The translations under genes and the position numbers were made by a program. A DNA stretch of 64,000 nt from a virus. Taxonomy: Duplodnaviria > Caudoviricetes. The notes beneath the pieces were generated by a model. That model was not told where the DNA came from. It saw only the letters and a program-made list of their open reading frames with translations, and did no database searches. Below are positions 20,107 to 28,196 of the stretch, piece after piece; the stretch's first letter is position 1; every line of letters starts with the position of its first letter. Location: IMG/VR virus record IMGVR_UViG_3300013936_000015, positions 1 through 64,000 of that record, one strand, 5' to 3'.

Positions 20107-20879
20107 GAAAATGTTAGATATGTGGTAAGGCTGATGGTAAACTAATAAACAGTAAGAAATTTGGAATGGTATTATGTCCACGTCATTATCACGCTATGTA
20201 TGACGATACATTAATCCCTAAATATGATATTACAGAGAATACAATCACTCTAAAATATGGACATAAAGATGTTACATTTATCTTTGATAAAGAATACAAA
20301 GACATTATAGAAAGATATAAATGGAAAGTATATAGACGTAAAGATGGTAAATTATATCTTAGAGAGCGTCTTCACTATTTTATTAGTTATGTAACAGGAT
20401 AGCCAATAGATAAATTATATGTGAATGATCAATTTGATAATAGAAAGGATAAAATTGTAGTCTGTAATAGAAAGTTAGTAAAAGTTCCCTATTATAAAAA
20501 TGAATTTCCACATATCATAAAAGGTGATTAGGGATATAAAGTCTTTTTTACAAAAGATGGAAAGAGATATAGTACGAAATACTTTAAAATAAAAGCAGAA
20601 GTAGTATATATCTGGTTTCTTACAGAAAATGTCTTATTATATGCTGATGAAGAGATAGATAGAACTATAATGGAATACTTTAGATAGCTTTCCCCAATAG
20701 ATATGGAAAAACTTAACGAATACTTTGTTAAAAGATTCGCCCCTTCCGTATATAATAGAAGATTGGGGTTAATAAATTATACTCATTAGATAGATCGTAG
20801 AAGATATTAGAAATATATGAAGTATTTGAATATTATTAAAGAAGCTATTTAGAATGATAAAAATACAGCTGGTGTATGA
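20103..20879 (+). CDS. degenerate Zn finger-HNH-AP2-like protein with 7 in-frame TAG
   Basis: MRKC(Q)IC...LCPRH...FIFDKE...YKW...LHYF; frame stays open across TAGs to TGA 20877-20879 (or ends at TAG 20852). Confidence 0.68.
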
Positions 20880-21150
20880 TAGTCCCAAACAATTACAAAC
20901 ATTTAAAGATTTAAATATTAATTGTTTAGTAGAATATGAAACCTTTGATATGAATGAATATAGTCAAAGAAAGAAAGGGCTATCTTTAAAAAGATATTGG
21001 GGGGCACATATGGATCCTTTTGTGCTAATAAGTATAGATAATAAGCCTACAAAGGCTTTTTATTCAGAAGCATCAACAGAATATAATGCAGCAGAACAGT
21101 TAGTACAGTATCTTTCAGATATTTTTAAACCAGTAAATGATAATGAATGA
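20854..21150 (+). CDS. thioredoxin-fold-like protein lacking CxxC
   Basis: WGAHMDPFVLI resembles the cis-Pro region of the fold. Confidence 0.45.
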   Translation: MIKIQLVYDSPKQLQTFKDLNINCLVEYETFDMNEYSQRKKGLSLKRYWGAHMDPFVLISIDNKPTKAFYSEASTEYNAAEQLVQYLSDIFKPVNDNE

Positions 21151-22004
21151 AACCTATTACAACTGCAAGGAAATATACTAAAATTGATTCAAGAGGTTTG
21201 GCGTTTTATTTAAACACTATTGATGATTATAAAATTCTCACTCCAGAAGAAGAAATAGAGTTAGGAAAAGAAATACAAGAAGGAAATGAATATGCCAGAG
21301 AAAAATTAATTAACCATAATCTGAGATTTGTAGTAACCTGTGCTAAACACTATCAAAACAAAGGAGTACCCCTTGAAGATTTAATAGAAGAAGGAAATAT
21401 AGGATTAATGATAGCAGCAGATAAATGGGATTATAAAAGAAAAACACGATTTATTACTTGTGCATTATGGTGGATAAGACAACGAATAATTAATGCATTA
21501 AATAAAACATCTAGAACTATAAAACTACCACAAAATATCACAAATGTTGTTTATAGAATGAACAGGTATGGTACTATAGCAGAACAGAAAGCTGAACGAG
21601 AGTTAAGTAACCGTGAGATGGCTACTGTCTGCAAATGTCATGCCCGAGCAATACAAACAGCAAAAAATGCTTTAACTGTTAAAAATTCTCTAGATGCTCC
21701 TATTCCAAACTGTGATAACGAATCTCTGACATTATCAGATGTATTACCCAGTTTTGATAATATAGAAGTAGAAAGTAGAGAAGAAACAATAAATCAAATA
21801 TTACATTCTAACATCTTATCTGATATAGAACGTATAGTTCTAATGAACTATTTTGATTTTAATGGTGCACATTATACATTACAGTCTATTGGATTGAAAT
21901 ATTGTATGTCCGCCACAAGAACTAAAAAAATAAAAGATAAAGCATTAGTAAAACTAAAAAAGTATTTTCCAACAATTTTAAAAGAACTTTATTATGAGCA
22001 ATGA
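21147..22004 (+). CDS. sigma-70 family RNA polymerase sigma factor
   Basis: YL...LTPEEE; NLRFVVTCAKHY; DLIEEGNIGL; FITCALWWIRQ; SLDAP; region 4 HTH. Confidence 0.9.
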   Translation: MKPITTARKYTKIDSRGLAFYLNTIDDYKILTPEEEIELGKEIQEGNEYAREKLINHNLRFVVTCAKHYQNKGVPLEDLIEEGNIGLMIAADKWDYKRKTRFITCALWWIRQRIINALNKTSRTIKLPQNITNVVYRMNRYGTIAEQKAERELSNREMATVCKCHARAIQTAKNALTVKNSLDAPIPNCDNESLTLSDVLPSFDNIEVESREETINQILHSNILSDIERIVLMNYFDFNGAHYTLQSIGLKYCMSATRTKKIKDKALVKLKKYFPTILKELYYEQ

Positions 22005-22515
22005 CAAAAATGTAAAGGTAATTAACGTTAGTAATAATGAATTACCTAAATATGAAACTCCATTGTCCGCAGGTATGGATGTGCGAGTAGATTTTAGTAG
22101 AGTGCATGAGCACCCTATTAAGGTTTATGGTGATGGAAATTATGTTCCGGCTACAGAAGTTCAAAAGACAAATTGTTTGTATCTAGAACCATTCAGTAGG
22201 GCACTTATCCCTACTGGATTATTTATGGCTATTCCAGAAGGATATGAGATTCAGGTAAGACCAAGAAGCGGGCTTGCATTAAAAGAGGGAATTACAATGG
22301 CAAATTGCATTGGAACTATTGATGCAGACTACCGTAATGAAGTTGGTATTATTGTTATTAATCTTTCTAATAAAGTAGTATGTATTGAAGATGGGGAAAG
22401 AATAGGACAACTTGTATTGAATAAAGTAGATAAAATTAATTGGAAAGAAGTCTCACATATTAGTGAGCTTGGAGATACAGAACGTAAAGGTGGATTTGGA
22501 AGTACAGGAAAATGA
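21994..22515 (+). CDS. dut: dUTPase
   Basis: SAGMD, RPRSGLA, GTIDADYR, GERIGQ, RKGGFGSTG. Confidence 0.95.
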   Translation: MSNDKNVKVINVSNNELPKYETPLSAGMDVRVDFSRVHEHPIKVYGDGNYVPATEVQKTNCLYLEPFSRALIPTGLFMAIPEGYEIQVRPRSGLALKEGITMANCIGTIDADYRNEVGIIVINLSNKVVCIEDGERIGQLVLNKVDKINWKEVSHISELGDTERKGGFGSTGK

Positions 22516-23087
22516 GTAAATTTGAAAAATATATTTTAGAAAACTATAATGAAGTGATTGATAATTTGTCTGTTAATCTTAAATCAGATAGATTACATTA
22601 TATCTATAATATCTTATTCCCAGATTCTAAAGAGGAGGATATTGATAACCTATATGATTTTAATGACCCTCTTGAGATTTATAATAAGTTATATATAGAA
22701 GAGCTTCCTGAATTTGGTACTAAAGAGGATATTTTGAGGGAAATTATAGAAGCTAATTTTAAAGTCAGTAAATATGATTTTATGTCTGACTATATGGAGG
22801 ATATGATATGTCATATGATAGGATATAATGATCCTGCTAAATTCTTTAAAGATTTAAGTTATGGCGGATGCGAGTCTGGATTGGTAGGAATGCTTATCTA
22901 TAATAGTGATTGCAAAACTTTTTATATAGACCATATTGATGATTTGGAATCTTATATGGATGATATGAATAATGAATTGGATGAGGTTAAATTTGAAAAT
23001 AAAGATAACTTACCTCATTATACATTTGTTTGTTGGACGTGCTATGAGATAATGGGATCAATAATTGGAGCATATATATTTGATTAA
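22512..23087 (+). CDS. hypothetical acidic phage protein
   Basis: ORF track; GCESGLVGMLIY motif. Confidence 0.7.
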   Translation: MSKFEKYILENYNEVIDNLSVNLKSDRLHYIYNILFPDSKEEDIDNLYDFNDPLEIYNKLYIEELPEFGTKEDILREIIEANFKVSKYDFMSDYMEDMICHMIGYNDPAKFFKDLSYGGCESGLVGMLIYNSDCKTFYIDHIDDLESYMDDMNNELDEVKFENKDNLPHYTFVCWTCYEIMGSIIGAYIFD

Positions 23088-23093
23088 AATAAT

Positions 23094-23121
23094 GGCCAGT
23101 AGTAAATCTACTGGCCTTTTT
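23094..23121 (+). terminator. rho-independent terminator
   Basis: ggccagtag/ctactggcc stem plus T5. Confidence 0.75.
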
Positions 23122-23125
23122 GTTT

Positions 23126-24373
23126 ATGGGAGAACTTGAATTATTTAATACACCTATAGAAGAAACAAGATACTTCGCTTCTATTGATAGTAGAGGAAAT
23201 ATTAGATGTGTTAATCTAAAGTATAAAAAGATACCACCAGATAATTATCAAATATTAAGAACTACATTTCAATATAAATGTAGGAGGATAGAACAACCTC
23301 CTATTATCATTAATGGTGCTAAAAAAGGAAATTATAAAGCAACTGAACTAAAATTTAAATCTTTAGCAAAAGAATATCTTGATAAAGGATATAAAGAATT
23401 AGATAAATGCGGAGATGATTATGACTTAGCCACTCTTAAAGGTATAGTAGGTGATTATAAAACAGATAAGACGGGACTATTAAAGCCTATGCTATGTAAA
23501 ATGGCAAAGAGTGTTACTAATAAGAAAATATTTGATAAAGAATACTATGCCAGCAGGAAATTAGATGGGGTGAGATCTTGTATCTATTATGATAGTAAAA
23601 GAAAATGTCTTCGGGCAAGAAGTAGAACAGCCATTGATTTGGATTTTCCATTAAAGCATATATTAGAAATCCCTAAATTTATTAAATTGTTTGAAAAGAA
23701 TCCCGATTTAGTATTAGATGGGGAAGTCTATAAACATGGAATGCCTTTAAATAGAATTAGTGGATTGTGTAGAAGTCAACAAACTGCATATGATTCTGAT
23801 GTATTAGAATTTTATATGTATGATATAGTTGATGTCAATCTTACTTTTCAAGAAAGGTTGGAAAAGATGTATAAAATTAGGGATGAGCTGAATCTTTCTT
23901 TTGACCCTTATAGACAGTGGGACAGCTATGATTTGAAAGTTCAATTTGTTCCACAAGTTAAAATAAGTGGTTGGGATAATATTGTTAAACTACATAATAA
24001 ATATGTAGAAGAGGGATTTGAGGGTCTTGTGATAAGACTTGCTTCTGCTAAATATGGTCCGGGTAAAAGAAATAACAATATGATAAAAGTAAAAATGTAT
24101 AATGAAAATACTTTTAAATGTATTGGTATAGAGCAAGGATTAAGAATGTATGATGATATGGTCTTTATTATGGAAACTAGAGAAGGGAAAACCTTCAAAG
24201 CAAAACCCCTTGGAGACCATGAACAAAAAGTAGAGTATACTAATAATTTCCAATTTTATAAAAATAAACTGGGTGATTGTAAATATTTCAATATCTCAGA
24301 ATATGGAATACCTACACAACCGTCTTTTATTGCATTTAGATTCGATCTGACAGAAGCTGACTTACATGACTGA
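23126..24373 (+). CDS. lig: ATP-dependent DNA ligase
   Basis: PML, RKLDGVR, LDGEVY, MYD, EGLVIR, KVK motifs. Confidence 0.9.
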   Translation: MGELELFNTPIEETRYFASIDSRGNIRCVNLKYKKIPPDNYQILRTTFQYKCRRIEQPPIIINGAKKGNYKATELKFKSLAKEYLDKGYKELDKCGDDYDLATLKGIVGDYKTDKTGLLKPMLCKMAKSVTNKKIFDKEYYASRKLDGVRSCIYYDSKRKCLRARSRTAIDLDFPLKHILEIPKFIKLFEKNPDLVLDGEVYKHGMPLNRISGLCRSQQTAYDSDVLEFYMYDIVDVNLTFQERLEKMYKIRDELNLSFDPYRQWDSYDLKVQFVPQVKISGWDNIVKLHNKYVEEGFEGLVIRLASAKYGPGKRNNNMIKVKMYNENTFKCIGIEQGLRMYDDMVFIMETREGKTFKAKPLGDHEQKVEYTNNFQFYKNKLGDCKYFNISEYGIPTQPSFIAFRFDLTEADLHD

Positions 24374-24413
24374 CAAATTGTCATATATATTTTCTGGCAC
24401 AGAAATTGTGTTA

Positions 24414-24443
24414 TATATTGTAGAACAATTTTAAAAGAAAGGA
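24414..24443 (+). promoter_or_regulatory. putative promoter/RBS cassette, copy 1
   Basis: TATATT then ACAATTTTAAAAGAAAGGA, identical to 28166-28184. Confidence 0.5.
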
Positions 24444-24450
24444 TACAATT

Positions 24451-24738
24451 ATGAAAGAGAAAGTATTTAATGGTAATGTGAATGGCAAGACTTTTAAGAG
24501 TGAGAAAGAGTTTCATGAGGCAGCTCTTAAAGCTATGAAAGAAGGAGGCAATCTTTCTATTTCATCTTCTTATACTGAAGTAGATACTCCTAAGAAAGTC
24601 AGTAATATTCTTACTGATAAATCAAATCTTCCTGCTGATACAAAAGAAGTAGAGAGATTTAATAACAATATTAAAATGTTTAATGAGACCTTAGAGAGGC
24701 ATCTTGATTTTATGAAGCGTTTCTGGTGGTTTATGTAA
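24451..24738 (+). CDS. hypothetical protein
   Basis: ORF with an SD-like site upstream and a terminator downstream. Confidence 0.75.
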   Translation: MKEKVFNGNVNGKTFKSEKEFHEAALKAMKEGGNLSISSSYTEVDTPKKVSNILTDKSNLPADTKEVERFNNNIKMFNETLERHLDFMKRFWWFM

Positions 24739-24743
24739 GTTAT

Positions 24744-24769
24744 AAGGCTGGAGAAATCCAGCCTTTTTT
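24744..24769 (+). terminator. rho-independent terminator
   Basis: aaggctgga-GAAA-tccagcctt plus a T run. Confidence 0.85.
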
Positions 24770-24777
24770 GTTTTTAT

Positions 24778-25086
24778 ATGATAACACTTGATAAAAATGA
24801 TGTGACAATATCACATACAGACACTTTTACTGACAGTGGAAAAATTTATCATCACAAGATTATATTAAATCTTACTCCACTGCAGCTTAGTAAGTATAAT
24901 AGATATGTAAAATCTAAATCAGAGAATTTAGAATATCCTATATATAGAAAATTATTCTTTCAACCATTACATATAGGAGATAATTATATTAATCAAAATA
25001 CATATAGAGAAATAGTAACATTTTTTAATATTAAAACGCCAGAATTAAAAAATGAAAATACCATCATTCAAATTAAAATCAAATAA
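24778..25086 (+). CDS. hypothetical protein (tandem paralog 1)
   Basis: Similar to 25105..25416. Confidence 0.7.
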   Translation: MITLDKNDVTISHTDTFTDSGKIYHHKIILNLTPLQLSKYNRYVKSKSENLEYPIYRKLFFQPLHIGDNYINQNTYREIVTFFNIKTPELKNENTIIQIKIK

Positions 25087-25104
25087 GTTCACTATTAAAC
25101 TATA

Positions 25105-25416
25105 ATGGAAAGAGTTCTAAATAAAAATGTAAAAATATCCTATCAAGCTAAAGAGCATGAAGGGTATATTTATAGACAGATGATAGCATTAACCATTTCA
25201 TCCTCACAATTAAAAGAATTTAATTGTCACGTAACAAATACAGTATCTTATACAAATAACACTTATACTAAAATATTTCTTAAACCCTTAAAAGAAGGGG
25301 ATAATTATACTAATTGTACCACTTTTCTTACTGCAATAAATACTTTTAATCTTGTAAATAATAAGAGATTAAAATTTAACCGGAATACTGTTGTCAGAAT
25401 TAAAATAAAGAAATAA
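25105..25416 (+). CDS. hypothetical protein (tandem paralog 2)
   Basis: Shares Y-x-K-x-F-x-x-PL-x-x-GDNY with the previous gene. Confidence 0.7.
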   Translation: MERVLNKNVKISYQAKEHEGYIYRQMIALTISSSQLKEFNCHVTNTVSYTNNTYTKIFLKPLKEGDNYTNCTTFLTAINTFNLVNNKRLKFNRNTVVRIKIKK

Positions 25417-25575
25417 AATGGAAATACTTTTATACAGATATAAGCTGTTTTTTGACAGCATTAGTTAGAGTAATTATAAATAGAGATTCTATATCAATTC
25501 TAGATGAATCTAAATATATTGAATCTCAGAAATATATTGCCATAAATACAAATCTTAAAAATATAAAATTCTATA

Positions 25576-25953
25576 ATGAGAAGAATATTATTCAGAGCAA
25601 GTAGGTTGGATAACAAACATATAATAATAGGTTCTCTTATTCAACATTCAGAAGATGGGGATGTATATATAGAAACTTATGATTCTGAAAGAGTCCCAGT
25701 AGATAAAAATACTGTATCACAATTTACTGGATATTATGCAAAGAATCATAAACCTATATTTGAAGGTGATACAGTAGAATATACAAATGTTTATGGAGTA
25801 CATGTAAAGGTTACTGGCAAAGTAATATGGGACGATGATAGATATATGATACGCATCAAAGACTGTGAACATTTAAGAGATAACCAAATAGAACTTCCTA
25901 GAAAAGATCTATCTGAAAACTATTTAACATTAATAGAATATGATGCCAATTGA
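25576..25953 (+). CDS. YopX family protein
   Basis: MRRILFRA...TVSQFTG...IFEGD. Confidence 0.8.
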   Translation: MRRILFRASRLDNKHIIIGSLIQHSEDGDVYIETYDSERVPVDKNTVSQFTGYYAKNHKPIFEGDTVEYTNVYGVHVKVTGKVIWDDDRYMIRIKDCEHLRDNQIELPRKDLSENYLTLIEYDAN

Positions 25954-26344
25954 ATCTTTAGAAAAACTATATAAAAATTATAACGGAGTAACTATCCGTG
26001 ATGATGGAATGTGGGTATCTAAAAAATTTAGAAAATTTCAAAGATACATCAATAATATGGCAGAAGATATTGCACATTATCTGAATGCAAATCTTGTACA
26101 AGTAAATAGAGGATATTATGAAGGATCATTTTTCTTTGAAAGAGATGGAAAATATGCATATGTACATTATGGAAATAGTTTGAATCGTACACATATTAAT
26201 TTTGATGCAAAAGGCGGAGTAGAAGGATTCTTCTTTTGCAGATCTGCACAAGATAAAAATGACTATGTGGGAGGAGGAAATGTCTTTGTAACATTAAAAG
26301 AATTACCAGAACGATTAAATGATCTATTAGAATACGGACATTAA
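25940..26344 (+). CDS. hypothetical protein
   Basis: ORF track. Confidence 0.7.
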   Translation: MMPIESLEKLYKNYNGVTIRDDGMWVSKKFRKFQRYINNMAEDIAHYLNANLVQVNRGYYEGSFFFERDGKYAYVHYGNSLNRTHINFDAKGGVEGFFFCRSAQDKNDYVGGGNVFVTLKELPERLNDLLEYGH

Positions 26345-26452
26345 AAACACAATAGTTAAATAGTTCTTGATTTATCTGGTATGGATGATCCAACTTTTAT
26401 TTATGATATTATAAATAAACAAGATTTTACATTTTAAATATATCTTTACATT

Positions 26453-26680
26453 ATGTACTCATTTCAATTAAGTAAGGCTATTAAAATAGCTAAAGAAACC
26501 AGTAAGACTGTATATATTGCAACTTCTAATCAATCCTTTTGTATCGATTTCAATTATTGTAAATATACAGTAGATTCAATGTATGATTTTCTTATTATTG
26601 AGGACTCTTTTTTGGATGATACTATCATCATTGATATTAAAAATATAATATTTGTAGAAACAAAGTTAAAACACCTATGA
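26453..26680 (+). CDS. hypothetical protein
   Basis: ORF track; ATGA coupling. Confidence 0.6.
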   Translation: MYSFQLSKAIKIAKETSKTVYIATSNQSFCIDFNYCKYTVDSMYDFLIIEDSFLDDTIIIDIKNIIFVETKLKHL

Positions 26681-26868
26681 AACTTTATCAAATTTGGAAA
26701 GAAGTAACAACGTTTACAAGAAAAGGACCTGCACATATTATACGGCCAGCATCTATGCATCCTTCTGTTTTTACTAACAAGAAAAGAGCAGAAGAATCTC
26801 TACCACATAGTATTCATCATCCTAATGGATATACTAAATTCTTTGTAAAAGAAATAGATGTAGAATGA
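26677..26868 (+). CDS. hypothetical protein
   Basis: ORF track; ATGA coupling. Confidence 0.55.
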   Translation: MKLYQIWKEVTTFTRKGPAHIIRPASMHPSVFTNKKRAEESLPHSIHHPNGYTKFFVKEIDVE

Positions 26869-27062
26869 GATTTAAATATAAAAATCTATATTACATTTAT
26901 CTGATTGCTACCATAGTTTTAATATTGCTAAAATTAACCGGACACGCCTATGTAAATTGGATAGTCCTTCTAACTCCAATATGGCTTCCTTTAATTTTTG
27001 CAATTTTATACTTGCTTGTATTTTTTATTTTGGTCATTGTGGCAATTATTAGAAATTGTTGA
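26865..27062 (+). CDS. small membrane protein
   Basis: LILLKLTG...NWIVLLTPIWLP; hydrophobic helices. Confidence 0.7.
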   Translation: MRFKYKNLYYIYLIATIVLILLKLTGHAYVNWIVLLTPIWLPLIFAILYLLVFFILVIVAIIRNC

Positions 27063-27168
27063 AAATACCTCTACGAGCTTCATACAGACCCGTGGGGATA
27101 TGTTCCATATAAAGGTGAATAACTATAAGACTATGATAAAAATTTGTCAGTCAGAGGGCTAATTTAAT

Positions 27169-27387
27169 ATGAAAAAGAAAAGTAAAATAAAACCATTTAG
27201 TTTTACGTATACGTGTGAAAATAATGATGAAATTACTGTTTCTGAAGGGGAGAATTTCGGAGAATATGATGTATTACTAAAAAGTAGGGGATTATGTAGA
27301 AGATTTAATATAACACTGGAAGAATTAGATGCTGTAAATTTTGTTATAAAGTCTTTTTTATTAGACCCTATAATTTTAACAAATTAA
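27169..27387 (+). CDS. hypothetical protein
   Basis: ORF track. Confidence 0.6.
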   Translation: MKKKSKIKPFSFTYTCENNDEITVSEGENFGEYDVLLKSRGLCRRFNITLEELDAVNFVIKSFLLDPIILTN

Positions 27388-27420
27388 ACAGATTTTATCA
27401 GAAATATCGATTATATTAGA

Positions 27421-27770
27421 AGTGAGAGAAATCTCCTATCTTAGTGGTGTTTAGCAGTTTCGTTTGACCACATAATAAAAACCTCAAACAGTGGGAGTAT
27501 TCCCTGTCTCGTATAAGGATGGTGTAAATCCCGCAACGTCCGACCGCCTGACGACGGGTGCCGATGAGTTTTATAACTTCAACACCAGATTCGATACATG
27601 GCAATCCTTGGCCTTATATGAGTCGACCTCTTAAATTTTATAGATATAGCCAAACTATAGAATTGAAAATAGTAATGTAGTAGCATGAAGAGGTTTATCC
27701 GATGTATAATCGGTTCTTTTTTCAAGAATCTATTACATCGGCATAGAGGCGGTGTATCTATATGTGAAGT
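27421..27770 (+). ncRNA. candidate large structured non-coding RNA of unknown family
   Basis: GC-enriched gap with no convincing ORF; many stems, a GAAA tetraloop, and long-range accgcct/aggcggt pairing. Confidence 0.5.
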
Positions 27771-27773
27771 GTT

Positions 27774-28073
27774 ATGATAGGATATGAACAATTTAGGAAA
27801 TTAATAAACAATTACTCTAATCAGTGGAAAGAAATAGATCATTTATCAGATATGGGAATTGATATTTTAAATTCTAAATTCTATATGAACTACAATGATT
27901 TATTTATTCTGACATTAGAGAATCTTATTAAAAGAAAAGATGATATTGAATTAGTGTTTGATTATTTTAGAAATATAGATAGTTCAGTTACTTATGATAA
28001 TATAGAATATAACTGTTCTACAATAAGAGGTTTGTATTATTATCTTGTAGACAGTAAAGGATTTTATTTATAA
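27774..28073 (+). CDS. hypothetical protein
   Basis: ORF track. Confidence 0.7.
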   Translation: MIGYEQFRKLINNYSNQWKEIDHLSDMGIDILNSKFYMNYNDLFILTLENLIKRKDDIELVFDYFRNIDSSVTYDNIEYNCSTIRGLYYYLVDSKGFYL

Positions 28074-28086
28074 CCTTTCACAACTC

Positions 28087-28124
28087 TCCCCTATGAGCCT
28101 GTAATGGGCTTATAGGGGATTTTT
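28087..28124 (+). terminator. rho-independent terminator
   Basis: tcccctatgagcc/ggcttatagggga stem plus a T run. Confidence 0.8.
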
Positions 28125-28153
28125 ATTTTCTGCCCAATCTTTAAAAATTAAGC

Positions 28154-28184
28154 TATATTAATAGCACAATTTTAAAAGAAAGGA
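28154..28184 (+). promoter_or_regulatory. putative promoter/RBS cassette, copy 2 (upstream of polA)
   Basis: TATATT followed by the same 19-mer as 24425-24443. Confidence 0.5.
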
Positions 28185-28196
28185 AGATATGATGAA

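Noticed and set aside
27536-27570. Hammerhead ribozyme (CTGACGA) or ZTP riboswitch (ccgaccgcctg)
   Set aside because: No properly placed GAAA/cleavage triplet, and the ZTP 5' domain and terminal GGGC are missing.
27416-27791. Minus-strand ORFs 27416..27604 and 27579..27791
   Set aside because: Antisense to the arm, atypical composition; better explained by a GC-richer structured RNA.
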